Positions 39,580-53,642 are shown, counted from the first letter of the stretch. The stretch: 64,000 bases of DNA from Octopus sinensis (GCF_006345805.1 NC_043008.1:6200001-6264000); one strand, 5' to 3'. The notes: generated from the letters alone by a model not told the origin. Translations and numbers: made by a program.

Positions 39580-40028
39580 TATATATATATTTATTATTAT
39601 TATTATTATGTATATATATATATATGAGACGAAGTATAAATAATGGTCATTGCATATCTTTCCTTTATTAGAGCAAATCTGGCTTACAGCCGTTTCCAGT
39701 AGTCATTATAGGTACATTATTGATAGGTTTACTCAATTGGTCCATTGATCAATTGAGAAAAATTAAACAACCTAAAAAAAAAATTAATGCTATTTTTGTC
39801 TATAAATAATAAATATAAGCTTAGTATTATAAGCTTAGTATTAGTACACATTCTAATACCCATTTTTTCTGTCGAGGGCTTATATGCTCCAATATTAGGC
39901 TATTTTCATTGGCCAATACATGGTGAATTCTTTTGAGCTTTAAGCTAATAATTATTATTTACAGAATCTTTGATTGTCACCGATTCTTAATTTAATGAAG
40001 CATATATATACATATCCATGTATATATG

Positions 40029-40068
<40 letters not shown>

Positions 40069-40069
40069 C

Positions 40070-40101
<32 letters not shown>

Positions 40102-40160
40102 CATTAGACATTGTATTTTTGGCCGGTCATTTTTTTCTTTGCCAAATAAACATATGCACA

Positions 40161-40560
40161 ATATATTTTTTCACTTGTTTATAACTGTTCTTATTTTATT
40201 ATTTTAACTCATGTCCATTGTCCAGAAATCTTTTTTTCACACATCTGTGACCTCTTCAGCAACACTTTTCATTTTCGTGTGTGTTCTTGCTCCACTTACT
40301 CCATTCTATTCTTCTAAGATGTGTAGCCTTAAGTGCACATGCATTTGTGTCCACACACTTACAAACAAAGACATAAGTGCATCCGCATATAAGGATACAC
40401 ACCTTAGAAGAACAGAATGGAGTAAGTAGAGCAAGAACACACACGAAAATGAAAAGTGTTGCTGAAGAGGTCACAGATGTGTGACGAAAGATTTCTGGAC
40501 AATGGCCAGAAGTTAAAATAATAAAAGAAAGAATGGTAATAAATGAGTGGAAAAACAAAT
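40161..40560. mobile_element. Fold-back element family P3
   Basis: ~190-bp inverted arms (40161-40352 and 40369-40560) with a 16-nt spacer; plus and minus ORFs in the track share HTSVTSSATLFIFVCVLA. Confidence 0.75.
40462..40495 (+). ncRNA. Hammerhead-like core (family P3)
   Basis: CTGAAGA g gtcaca-gatg-tgtgac GAAA gatttc: 6-bp stem II; stem I weak (wobbles only). Confidence 0.4.
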
Positions 40561-40784
40561 ATATATATATCGCCTGAACAGGATAAGCTACCCCTTCTGC
40601 AAAATAGGAGTAGCTTATCTGGTTCAGACTATATTATTAGCATTATCTTGTGTTTGAGAATTTAAAATCACTTCTTTAACCTTCTAAGACATCTCAACGC
40701 TTCTAAAGCAAACTTCGTTTGTTTGTTTACATTCATCGTAATTGGAACTTAAATATATATATGTTTATTGGGCAAAAAAAAAAA

Positions 40785-40862
40785 AATAGAGAAATGAACA
40801 TCCCGAATTACAACAAAATTTGTTTCAACACACGATTTCACATCAGGAATCTTGTAAAATGA
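40785..40862 (+). mobile_element. Old P2 fragment
   Basis: acaacaaaatttgtttcaacacacgatttcacatcaggaatcttgtaaa resembles P2 acaacagaatatgcttcaacacacgaactcatataaagaatcttgcaaa. Confidence 0.45.
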
Positions 40863-41098
40863 ATTAATAAACGTAATATTCATTAGATGTTTGTGTATAA
40901 GTATATGTATGTGTGTTTGTCATCTTCTTGCCTTGACACGTACACGCTGACTGAAATAAAGCCACTGATTTCAAATTCAAACTGTTTTTGTTTGTGGCAG
41001 TCTGACCACACTCCACATTGTCATATTTTTGTTTGTAAACACCCGTGAAAGCTTTATGTTGTTGGTATCTCTTCAAACCCTTGTGGCTAATAAAGTAA

Positions 41099-41315
41099 CT
41101 CTCTTTTACACTTTTACTTGTTTCAGTCATTTGACTGCGGCCATGCTGGAGCACCGCCTTTAGTCAAGCAAATCGACCCGGGAACTTTTTCTTTGTAAGC
41201 CCAGTACTTATTCTATCGGTCTCTTTTGCCGAACCGCTAAGTGACGGGGATGTAAACACACTAGCATTGGTTGTCAAGCAATGCTAGAGGGACAAACACA
41301 GACACACAAACATAT

Positions 41316-41346
<31 letters not shown>

Positions 41347-41515
41347 CATATATACGACAGGCTTCTTTCAGTTTCCGTTTACCAAATCCACTCACAAGGC
41401 TTTGGTCGGCCCGAGGCTATAGCAGAAGACACTTGGCCAAGATGCCACACAGTGGGACTGAACCCGGAACCATGTGGTTGGTTAGCAAGCTACTTACCAC
41501 ACAGCCACTCCTGCG
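41099..41515 (-). mobile_element. SINE family A, full length
   Basis: Near-identical to other A copies. Confidence 0.85.
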
Positions 41516-42049
41516 TAAGGTCACCATCTTTGCTGTAATTGTCAATAAGTGTAGTCCAATGCATGATTTTTGAATCAACAGGCGTAGACATTTATGGTGT
41601 CAAGTTTGATAGGAACCCAGAGTCAGCTCGATTCAATCCAATTATATTCTAAGCCAAATCTCTGAAGAAACCATCTACAAAATTCATGACATGCATTCAG
41701 CAACCTTCCTACTTCTAATCTTTCAAGCTGTAGCTGTTGATTACAGTGTAACAATATACTACAGCTTCCCCTATAACATCACAACAGGGCATGTTTTTAT
41801 GAGATCGCTCAAATGACCAGAGATCACAGCTAAATCTCTCAAACCAGACCTTGCTGTCTTAAGAACAGAACAGAAAGTATGTTCTAACATAGACTATACC
41901 CAAAATAATGCAGGATAGTCATGGTTGGAATATTTAGTCATAAGTCTCCACAGTCAAAGAAGGTGTGAAATTCAAGAAGATGACGAAAACATATGGTATA
42001 GGAACCACATGAAACTATTTCTGATAGTTTCAAAATCTTTACAGATACT

Positions 42050-42489
42050 CTCGTTTACTCTGTTTTACTCTCTTTTACTTGTTTCAGTAATTTGACTGTG
42101 GCCATGCTGGAGCACCGCCTTTAGTTACGCAAATTGACCCTAGGACTTATTCTTTGTAAGCCTAGTACTTATGCTATCGGTCTCTTTTGCCGAACCGCTA
42201 AGTTGCGGGGATGTAAACACACCAGCATCGGTTGTCAAGTGATGTTGGGGGGGGACAAACACAGATACACAAACATATACACACACATACATACATATAT
42301 ATATATATTATATATATATATATATATACGACGGGCTTCTTTCAGTTTCCGTCTACCAAATCCACTCACAAGGCTTTGGTCAGCCCAAGGCTATAGTAGA
42401 AGACACTTGGCCAAGGTGCCACACAGTGGGAATGAACCCGGAACCATGTGGTTGGTAAGCAAGTTACTTACCACATAGCCACTCCTGTG
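42050..42489 (-). mobile_element. SINE family A, full length
   Basis: Near-identical to other A copies. Confidence 0.85.
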
Positions 42490-43966
42490 ATATTCACACA
42501 AATTTTACTTTATATATTTATTAATCTCGAGAAATTAATGTATTGTCGTTATTGGCATTCTGACAATTAGTTTAATTATATACCTATATGAGTGTATGAG
42601 TGTATATATTGGGTCATGTCGTAAATAATGTGGTATTTTTTATAATTCTTTTATTTTTGTAAAATTAAGTTCCACAAGGTTCTTTTTTAATCTAAAATAT
42701 ATTCTCCTTCATGTCTTCCACAAACAACCTTGCCCGGATTTTGTCTGGCTTGCTAACAATTCTGCTATCACACTACCTTACTTTTAGGAATTTATATTAA
42801 CAGACATGTTCATACACTTTATACAAACCTACCCCATTACACTCCCAAACACCCTCCCCCGCCACACATATATAACACAACTATAGAATATTATTATTGA
42901 ATATTATAAATGAATGAGTTTAAATATATGCAGATTGTCGTGCGTATAATCTATCGGTACATGAATGTTATTTGATAGAGAGGTAGGGAGAGAATTAATA
43001 AAACAGAATGAGAGAGGAGAGAGAGAGGAGAGAGAGAGGGAAGAGAGAGAAAAAGAGGGAGACGGAAAAGAGAGAGAGAGAAGTGAGTGAGAATGAAAGA
43101 TATGAAGAAATTGAAAAAGGAAATTTAGGATATATGTTGATTAAGGTTGATTTCTAATATTGGCATTGAATAAAGTTTAGAGGAAGGAACATTTGATTAA
43201 ATTGACCTTATTACTTGATTGATGCTAATTTTAACAACTGTGGAAAAATGAAAGGTCAATTTGAGCTCAACATGGTTTGAACTTAGAACATTACTTAAGG
43301 CATTTTGTTCAGCATTTTCCGATCTGCCACTTCTTACATTTATTAATATTGAAACTATAATAAAGTAAATCAAAGTCTCAGAAACTAGTATTGGTGTATA
43401 TATATAAAAATTAATCACTGAAGTTGACAGTATATGAACTCATTCAAATGTGTGAAGTTGACTTTATTCTGTAGAAGTGTGACCAGACAGAGCAAAACAA
43501 AGAAGATATGAGGCAATTGCCATCAGCATATAAGTTATTTGGCTGTAGCAGCCACATTTGTTTAGAGAATGCAAAGCTCTTTTATGTAATTGTCTAACTA
43601 CACCATCTGATTGAGACAAGGTAGGATAACTGCTGTGCTGTTAATGCCTATTGAGGCAGAAACATGTGTCTATCACTGTCGTTTTGTTCTCAGTCAATCG
43701 AACTGCATTTTCTTTCATGGAAAGCCAATTCTGGAAAATTCTTCTTCTTGAGATTATCTCAGTTTTTCATTTAGATTCGATTCCAGTTGCTACCAGACAA
43801 ATATTTTATTTTCTCTGGAAGCAGAAATAATTTCCAAAAGTCAGCAACTTATGTTGTGTAGCATTTAATATATCTTCATTTGTCTTTGTTGCTCTTCAGG
43901 CACATCTCACTGGCTACTCTGAGTGACTTTTTAAAGAATTATTTTCATTTAAATTATATATATCAA

Positions 43967-44400
43967 TGTGGGTGTGGCTGTGTGGTAAAAAGCTTGCTGC
44001 CCAACCACATGGTTCTGGGTTCAGTTCCACTGCACGGCACCTTGGTCAGGTGTCTTTTACTATAGCCTCTGGCTGACCAAAATCTTGTGAGTGGATTTGG
44101 TAGACGGAAACTGAAAGAAGCTCATCATTCATATATATATATATATATATATATAATTATATATGTGTGTGTGTGTGTGTGTCTTTGTGTCTGTGTTTGT
44201 CCCCTACCATCACTTGACAACTGATGTTGCTGTGTTTACATCCCTGTAACTTAGCAGTTCAACAAAAGAAACTGATAGAATAAATATTAGGCTTACAAAG
44301 AATAAGTTCTGGGGTCGATTTCTTTAACCAAAACGCCCTTTAAGGCAGTGCTCCAGCATGGCAACCATCAAATGATTAAAATAAGTAAAAACAATAGAAT
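43967..44400 (+). mobile_element. SINE family A, older copy
   Basis: Same head, body and tail order with more substitutions; other degenerate pieces at 6308-6680 (+), 22920-22990 (-), 44410-44485 (-). Confidence 0.75.
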
Positions 44401-44724
44401 ATATATTCTTCTATTCTTTTATTAGTTTGAGTAATTTGACTGCAGTTATGCAGTCGAGCAAATCAACCCCAGGACTTATTCTTTGATTATGGAACCTGGC
44501 ATGGCCCTTGATCTTACCAATTCCTATTAAGGTGTCTAACCCATGCCAGCTTGGAAAACAGATGTTAAATGATGATGATGATGATGATGAAAAAGAGAAG
44601 AGAACACACACACACACACACACGGACACACGACTCCCAGCCTCTGGTGCTACCCTGCTTTCGACATACATTTTTCTCTTAATGGTTGAGTGTTCTGCAG
44701 CTCTGCATCAATCAATATGGTGCT

Positions 44725-44882
44725 TTTATTTTCTCTGTGAGATGCATCACCTTCAGGTCTGTCTTCACCGCTTCATCCCAAGTCTACCTTGGCCTCCCTC
44801 TTCCGCAGGTTCCACTAATTTGGAGCACTTGACACTTTCTTATGCAGCAATCATCCTCCAAAAACATCACATGCCTGCACCC
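44725..44882 (-). mobile_element. RTE LINE C-terminal fragment
   Basis: GCRHVMFLEDDCCIRKCQVLQISGTCGRGRPR*TWDEAVKTDL. Confidence 0.7.
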
Positions 44883-45278
44883 GTGTTTATAAACACACTC
44901 ACACACATACACGCCTACATAACATACATACATATACAAATATATGCTCACATATATACATACATATATATACAAATATATGCACACATATATACATACA
45001 TACATATGTATGTATATATATATATATATATACATACATACACACACATACATACATATTCACCTACATAACATACTTATGTATAGGTGGATAGCTAGCT
45101 TAGATAGATACATAGATAAATAGATAGATACATAGATATACATATATAGACAGATAGATACATAGATATACATATATAGATAGATAGATAGATAGATTTG
45201 AGAAAAATGATCTAGAATTTAAAAACAAGTCTTCAAAAAATAAGTAAAAACAAGATTGTGTGTGTGAGAAGTATGTGG

Positions 45279-45314
<36 letters not shown>

Positions 45315-46569
45315 CAGAGAGAGAGACAGAGAGAGAGAGAAAGAGAGTGAGCGAGAGAGGGAGAGAGGGAGAGAGACAGGGTACCAACCTAGATTCTATC
45401 AATACCACAATTAGAGTAGTTCTGGTTTATTGCCAAAAACGGACCAATTAGACTGTTAGCTTAAAATAACATATACAGTCCGACACATTTACATGCGTGC
45501 ACATACACACACACAGACACACACAGACACACACACAATATTTACATAATTATTAGCAGTATTATTTTGTAATTATTGCCATTATTAGTATTACTGTTGT
45601 TGTTGTTATTGGGAGTGACCAGTAGTAATGATAACAACAACAACAAACAATAATATATATAAAAATATATAAAAAAATAAATGAATAAAATATTTAAAAA
45701 AATGATAGACATAATTAGAGAGATATTTCCATGCTTGATTCCTTTAAAAGTTTTTCCTTGTTTTTCTCTCTTTTTGTTTTTTTTTGCTACTGTTTTTATT
45801 CTTTCACCTCTCAAATGTATTATATTTTTTGAAGCCAAAATTATTATACAACCATGAGTTTGGCACCGACCAGGCAATACCAATAAAGGAAAGATATATA
45901 TATATATTTAAAAAAAAAAAAGTTTCAATCAAAATATATTAGGCAAATGTTATTTAGTAATTTATGATTATGAGAGAAGCAAGAGAGTTTGTGTAAATGA
46001 TGGGAAAGCTTGGAGAATGTTTGTGTACGGATGAGAGAATTTTGATGTTGCTCAAAGGAGTACGGAACCTGTATGATGCGGCAGAGGTAAACCAGCATAT
46101 GCTGTCAGGTCCTGCTGCTGATATTGGGGGTTTGCATTGTAAGCCTTGACCCAAGCATAGAACGGAGCTCATCTCTTTGAGCTGGGAAATGAATGGAATG
46201 TCTGGTGTGTGTCTTGCTGTGGCGGCGGCGGCGGCTTCTTCTTCTTCTTCTTCTTCTTCTTCTCCCAATCAGGACTCACGCCATTAGCCACAAAGAATTA
46301 TCTCTAATTCAATCCTACTCTAAGCTATTAAGAATGTGTGCGACAACTTGAAGATCCACCCACCACACGCGATAGACTGGTGCTTGCATGGGTGTGAAAG
46401 CTACGTTGTTATCCTCATTCCGTAAATGGTGGCTTTTAATGGGTAGAGAGTTGAACAATCCTGGGGTACAGAGGATTTTCAATCTGGACTAGGGTCTGAA
46501 AGTTTACCACACCATAGTGTGTTACACTATGGTTCCTCTACTTTGTGGCAGAAGTAGGAAGAAAAAATG

Positions 46570-47352
46570 AAAGTTGTGGTGAAAGAGTACAGTGGAGTTC
46601 ACCCCCGCCCCCGCCAGAGCCTTGTGGAGCTTAAGTGTTTTTGCTCAATAAACACTCACAATGCCCGGTCTGAGAATTGAAACCATGTTCTTACAACTGC
46701 GAGTCCACTGCCCTAACCACTGGGCCATTGTGCCTCCACTGCTGTGTCTACCCCTCCTAAACGAATGGGGAATAGGCCTGGATATATGATATGATGATTA
46801 TGATAAGGTTGAGACAGGATATCGATGCCAAAAACAAAAATATTGTATAAAACATTAAAGATGTAATTCTAGCCATTTTGTACATAGGTGCACATGGTTT
46901 AGTGGTTAGGGTGTTGGGCTCATGATCATAAGATTGTGGTCTCAATTCCTGGACCAGGCAATGAATTGTGTTCTTGAGCGAAACACTTCATTTCATGAGT
47001 AATCCAGTGACTGACATCCCATCCAGGTGAGGAATATATATGTCTTGGAAACATGGAAACTGGGAAATTGGTCCTATGAGTCTATATGCCTCAGGAAGGA
47101 ATTTTACTTGGGTGGAAGTGCATGGCTTTGTTGTTAGGGTGTTGGACTCATGATCATAACATCATGGTTTCGATCCCTGGAACGGGCGATGCATTGTGTC
47201 CTTGAGCAAAACACTTCACTTCACATTTCTGTAGTTGGAAAAAGTGAGTCATCTTGTGATGGACTAGCATCCCATCCAGGTGGACTATTTATATGCCATT
47301 GAAACTGGGAAACTGACCCTTATGAGTCAGTATGACTTAAGAGGGTGTCTTT
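46570..47352. mobile_element. Cluster of three family B SINEs: 46570-46739 (-), 46887-47103 (+), 47112-47352 (+)
   Basis: Three recognisable B heads. Confidence 0.7.
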
Positions 47353-50339
47353 TTTATTCATTTTGTATCAGGGTGTAGCGGACTGGATGAAAGATGTGAT
47401 ATCAGTTCGATAATCATCATCCTCATCATTTTAACATCCACTTTTCCATGCTTGGATGGGTCTCACAGAGTTTGTTGATAAACTCTGCATCCTCTGAACC
47501 ATCATTTTTCAGCTATTGATGATTAAATCATCAACAATTATCTCACATCTGATGATGACTTGGAGTCATACCCTGTCTGCTTAAGTTGTCCTATCGAATC
47601 ACCATAAAGTTCAGACACTTTGTGGCGGTGGACATCTCTTCATGAAGGGCTTTCAGCTTCTTCTTTGTACTTTCTTTGGGTTTAATTTTTAGTTTCCACT
47701 TCTTTTCCTTCTCTTACAGTTCTAGACAGTTTCTTGTCTTTCTCTTGCCTCCACCGCCCTGCTCAACCCACCCCCTATTTCACTGCAATATTGCGCTGTA
47801 GTAGTACTGCTACTCATAGCCGCAGGCCATTTCTGAAAAGAATAATTCAGAATTTTCCATGTTTGTTGATGTTATTCAAGTTACAGCATCCATCATGATG
47901 GTGAGCACCTCGTCTGGATAGTTTAGAGTCAGCCATCTTAGCAACACACATAATTAACCACAATAGATATTTACCAAAAATATATTAAACAATTACCTAA
48001 AGAAAACCTTTCTTTGACTTGAAATAACCAAACAATGTGAAAGCCTTCAGTTAAGTAAAGAAAGAACAGAAAATGAATTACTTTTCCATGATGCAATAAG
48101 GGTTAGAAGTTATTTTTTCATTGAGCGCCAACGTAGATGGCCTTTTGTTTTAAACACAATAATAAGACTGATGATGATGATGATGACGACGATGATGATG
48201 ATGATGACGATGATGGTGGGGTTTTTTTTACACTTCAAGTGTGTTTTGTTTTATATTTGCAGTGAAAATACAATTCAGTGTTCTTGAGATTCTTGAAGAC
48301 GACCTCTTTGTTAGAACGACGATGGGAAAAAAAAAAAATTATTTAAAAAGAAAAAAATGAAATAAAATAATAACAACAATAATAATAATAATAATCAGAA
48401 GTAGAAAAAAAAAAACAGAAGAAATATGAGGAAAAAGAAATATTGATTAAAAAAAAATTGGTATTCAAAGCTCAGTTAGAATCATTCTTCGATTGCTTTG
48501 TTATCCAAATGGCTGCCTAATTGTGCAGGCTTACCCAAGCAGAAAGTAATTCCTTTTAAAGGCATACTAGTGCTGCAACTGTTGCTGTTACTATAGATGT
48601 TGCAGTTATGCGCATGCACATATACATGTATGCATTCACATGCTTTCTCTCTCTCTCTCTCTGTGTCTCTCTCTCGTACACATGCACACACAGACACAAA
48701 CACACACACAAACATATACACCGCAAACTATCGAACTGGAAGCAATCTTTAGTTGATAACAGATAGATCACATTAAAAAAACACAAAACAAAAAGAAACA
48801 AAAAAAAAGAAAAAAAGGAAAAAGGAAAGAAAGAAAGAAGTAGGATCACAATGCATTTAAAGAGTCTGTTGGTGGCTACAAGTTGCGAAAGGAAGTCGAA
48901 CTTGTTATAATGCAGTTGTATGTTCACACAAGTAGATTGTAGGACTAGATCGGTGTGCGGAGTACGTTGCGTGTGAATTTAAAATGACAAGGTGGAATAT
49001 TCTCCATCAAAACCATACCACCAACACCACCACCACCACCACCACCATAACCATCAGCTCCCCTAGTATGAAAGGCATTGTAGTAGTAGTAGTAGTAGTA
49101 GCAGCAGTAGTAACCACAGCAACTGTAGTGAATAGTAGCAGTAACAGTAATGGATAATAGTGGTAGTAGTAGTAGTAGCAGTAACCACAGCAGTAGTAGT
49201 AGTAGTGGCTGTAGTAGTAGCAATAGGTAGTTGTAGTAACTGTAATGGATAATAGTGGTAGTAGTAGCAATGAATAGTAGTAGTAGTAGTACTAACCACA
49301 TCATCATCATCATCAATAGTAGTAGCAGTAACCACAACAACAGCAGCAGTACTAGTAGTAGTAATGGCTAGTAGTAGTTGTAGTAGTAACAGACAGACAG
49401 ACAGATAGATAGATAGATAGATAGTAGTAGTAGTAGTAGTACCTTCAGTATTTAACACTAAGACCCCCCCCAGTCAACAGTATTGTAGTGGTGGCAGTGG
49501 TACTACTGCTACATGGTCTCTAACTTGTTGCTGCTGCTGTTGTTGTTGTTGTTGGTGGTGGTGGGGGTGTTGTGCAAGCATGGAACCATTCAAGTGATAA
49601 ATTTGTCTCATAGCCAAGAGTCAGCTGCCACACTGGTGGCTCCCTCTGTTTCCACACTTGCACTAAATGACTCCAGAGACTGGTGATGGCATCTCGTTCC
49701 TGACATGTAGCAATGTTTACACTGGTTTCTTTCTTCTCCACATGACTTCACACTGAGTGTGTATAAATAATAACGTTTCTACATTTCTATTCACGGATGA
49801 ATTTCATATGTAAAACAAGCGCAACAAAAATAATTACGACCACTCTTCTGCCAACCGTCACAATCCATCAAAAGACGAGGGAAGTTTCTATATGATCATT
49901 AGACATGTTAGAAATAGCAGCCAATTCTCCTCCTGACCACATCATACCTGTCATGAAGAAAGGTTACATTGGATAATGAAGTCCAGAGTGAAGAATTTGC
50001 TGAAGATCAGACATGCTGGTTATGGCTTGATTATCTTTTTATCTGAGGATTGCTTGATGATATCCGACCTGGGGCAAAATCATAACATAAATCGTCATCA
50101 TCATTATCATCATTTAATGTTAGTTTTCCATGCTAGCATGGGGTTGGATCGTATGACAGGATCCACAGCAGGTTCCATTGTCTGTTTGGGCACGATTTCT
50201 ACAGCTGTATGCCCTTCCTAATGCTAGCCACTTTATAGAGTGTACTGGGTGCTTTTATGTGCCCCTGCCCCCCCAGCACCAAGTCATGTCCAGCGATAAT
50301 CCCACCAAAATATCCGTTACCTGTGACAATAACAACAAT

Positions 50340-50635
50340 TCCTTCTCAAGCCATGCCTGGCTCATAAAGGCCAGTTTCCCGGTTTCCTTGGCATATAGGT
50401 TCCCCACCTGGATGGGACGCCAGTCCGTCGCAGGTGAGCTGCAAGATGCAGGAGGAAAGAGTGAGAGAAAGTTGTGGCGAAATAGTCAGCAGAAGTTCGC
50501 CATTACTTTCTGCCGGAGCCGCATGGAGCTTAGGTGTTTCCCTCATAAACACAAACATCGCCTGGTCTGACATTCGAATCTGCGATCCCTTGACCGCGAG
50601 TTCGCTGCTCTAACTACTAGGCCATGTGCCTCCAC
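50340..50635 (-). mobile_element. SINE family B with ~14-bp TSD
   Basis: acaataacaacaat at 50326-50339 and 50634-50647. Confidence 0.85.
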
Positions 50636-51217
50636 AATAACAACAATAAACCATTTCTATAGTTTAATCTCAGTTACTTTCATGATTTTATTTAGATGAA
50701 GTTGTGAAACAGGAGTTTTATTTTTATTAGGGTATAAATTTATGGCCATAGCTTTAAGCTGTTATGTGACTCAATTAACGCTCTAGGCATCTACATCTCA
50801 CACAGCTTTTGAAATAATCAAATTTTGAAACTGGTTTAGTAAACATACATATATTATTTTAAAAACTCTAAGTATATTTTCAACTTATTTTCCTGTATTT
50901 CTATCTCGGCGTGTGTGTGCCTGTCTGTTTACATATGTGTGTGTGTGTGGGTGTTTGTGTGTGTGGTGTGTGTGTGTGTAAATTTATTTTACGGATTTAA
51001 TGTTATAATAACGAAATTCCACATTTGTTAATTCACAACTGCTCTGTTTGTTTCAGAAGAGCTGTAGATTAGTGAAAGCAAAGTTTCTTTGCTAAATCAT
51101 TAAATCTATAAAATAAAACTATTAGCCCTCCAATCACATTTAAATTGTATAAAGTTTTCTTTGGGCTTCTGGTCTCCTTGCTTTTTGATTTAAGGACTGT
51201 TCATATACATATGTATG

Positions 51218-51256
<39 letters not shown>

Positions 51257-51876
51257 GGATAAGATCGTTAATTTACATATCGATCTTATCAGGTGGCCAG
51301 CATGGGAATAAAAACCTTCAAAGGTAATAATTATTATTAAAATTATAATTTAGGGTATCTAAGAGATACCACCATGCTGAAATAGCAGCCTAAGCTTGAC
51401 TCTGACACCACATTAAATGTTCATACAGAACCAGGAGAGTATATATATATATAGTGTAATAAATAAAATATATGCATACATACAAACATATATGTACGTA
51501 CCAACATCTACATGTATATATACATGCATATATAAATATATATACGTACAGGACACCACAAGAAGACGTAAAAATCAACAGAAACAAAACGGAAAAGCCA
51601 TTTTGTTACAACAGAAGGACAGAGACGTGGAACAAGACGAAAACGAAAACGGGAAAAAAAAATATATATGTATGTATATACATATATATATACATATATA
51701 TGTGTGTGTGTATGTGTATATAAATGTGCTGAAATCTATTCCCAGCCTTGGATTTTTTTTTTATCTCTTTCTGTTAATTTTATATATATATATGTGTGTG
51801 TGTGTGTGTGGTGTGTTGTATGTATATATTTATGTTTTTAGACAAACACATATAGATATATGTATGCATACATACA

Positions 51877-51909
<33 letters not shown>

Positions 51910-52499
51910 GTGTATGTATATGTGTATATATATATATATACACACACACACATTATATTTCTTTTGTATGTCTATGGAGATTTAAATAATTTTATTGAAA
52001 TTTTAAATAATGACACTTTGATTGTATCTTCTCAAAATATTGTTCAGTGTTGAAGTAGACCAGACTCTATCTTTCAAGAGTTAACTCAAGTGTCTTTCTT
52101 GAATTCTTCCCCATACAAGACCCAGTCCCCATTTATTCACAGAAAGTTAATGACTGAATGACCTGAAAGACAGATAATAGCTTCAGAATGATAAACTGCC
52201 GCAAAAGTTGTCCAGCTTTAAGAAAACTGCTATAAGATGTCAAGAATTTGAATTATTGTCGAGACATCTGAGATATTTTTGGAGTAGTGTGGTAGCATAT
52301 ATTAATTCTAAAGTTTAAAATCTTACTAGATTCCTTCTGATACACTTGTAATATATGAGTAGTAATTAATAGTTCATTACAACAGATGGAATTTTTTAAT
52401 TTATGGATTAATTATTGTTAAATACTAAGTCATGACTTTGCTTTATCTACTGCAATGGTCAGGTAATAAATATATGGTCAGTGAACTGTGAAACATAAT

Positions 52500-52960
52500 C
52501 AAGATCGTAGCCATAGCTAATGCCAGTGTCTCATAAGTGGCCTGTTTAAAAGCACCCTTCAGTTGTTGGGCAATATGCTGTGCTTAAGAAGACCTGCTGA
52601 GTCAAGCGAAATCACAGTCATAGCTGGTGCCAGTGCCGCCTGACTCGCACCCATGCTGGTGGCATGTAAAAAGCACCATTCGAGCATGGTCAATCTTGCC
52701 ACTGCTGCCTAACTGGCTCCCGTGCTGGGGGTACATAAAAAACATCATTCGAGCCTGGTCGATGCCTATGCCACCTATCTGGTCCCCATGCTGGTGGAAC
52801 ATAAAAGGCACCCATTTTACTCTCGGAGTGGTTGGCATTAGGAATGGCATCCAGCTGTAGAAACCTTGCCAGATCAGATTGGAGCCTAGTGCAGCCTCCT
52901 GGCTTGCCAGTCCCCAGTCAAACCATCCAACTCATACAGCATGATGATGATGATGACGTT
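52500..52960 (+). mobile_element. RTE 3' UTR (family D) with internal repeats
   Basis: Three gctggtgg...aaaagcacc units, ggcatccagctgtagaaac, (gat)n tail. Confidence 0.75.
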
Positions 52961-53169
52961 GATGAAAGTAGATATGGTCTGTCTATAATCCAGTAGATAT
53001 TGGTCCTTTGGCCCTTTAGCTGAAATACATTCGGGTGGTGAACTTGATTGTAAACACAGGTACATAAATAGAGAAAATATATCAGCAGGTAATTGAATGG
53101 GGATTAAAGTGGTTAAGAACAGTGTGTTATCAGGGAAAAGACTCCAGTAGTCTACACTGAAATCCTATA

Positions 53170-53180
53170 TAATAATGATG

Positions 53181-53231
<51 letters not shown>

Positions 53232-53278
53232 ATAATAATAATAATAATAAAATAATAATAATAATAATAATAATAATG

Positions 53279-53323
<45 letters not shown>

Positions 53324-53423
53324 TATAATAATAATAATAATATAATAATAATAATGATAATAATAATAATACTAATAATAATAATATAATAATAATAATA
53401 ATAATAATAATATAATAATAATA

Positions 53424-53472
<49 letters not shown>

Positions 53473-53476
53473 GATA

Positions 53477-53525
<49 letters not shown>

Positions 53526-53531
53526 TAATAA

Positions 53532-53566
<35 letters not shown>

Positions 53567-53642
53567 AATAATAATGATAATAATAATAATATGATAATAA
53601 TAATAATAATAATAATAATATGATAATATAATAATAATAATA

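Noticed and set aside
40610-40620. tagcttatc identical to the 5' end of vertebrate miR-21
   Set aside because: A 9-nt match is expected by chance; the rest does not align
27094-42478. Recurrent ORFs such as MSSNARGTNTDTQTYTH...RHLPKVP
   Set aside because: Antisense translations of SINE A copies, not a gene family
46280-46500. Minus frame PGLFNSLP...LNSL resembling an L2-type LINE end
   Set aside because: Similarity limited to a short motif; cannot be supported without alignment
47560-47950. Lys-rich minus-strand frame (KKWKLKIKPKESTKKKLKALHEEM)
   Set aside because: About 40 codons bounded by stops; no recognisable family
49520-49741. 73-aa minus ORF with non-repetitive start
   Set aside because: No domain motif or splice sites; ends in a microsatellite
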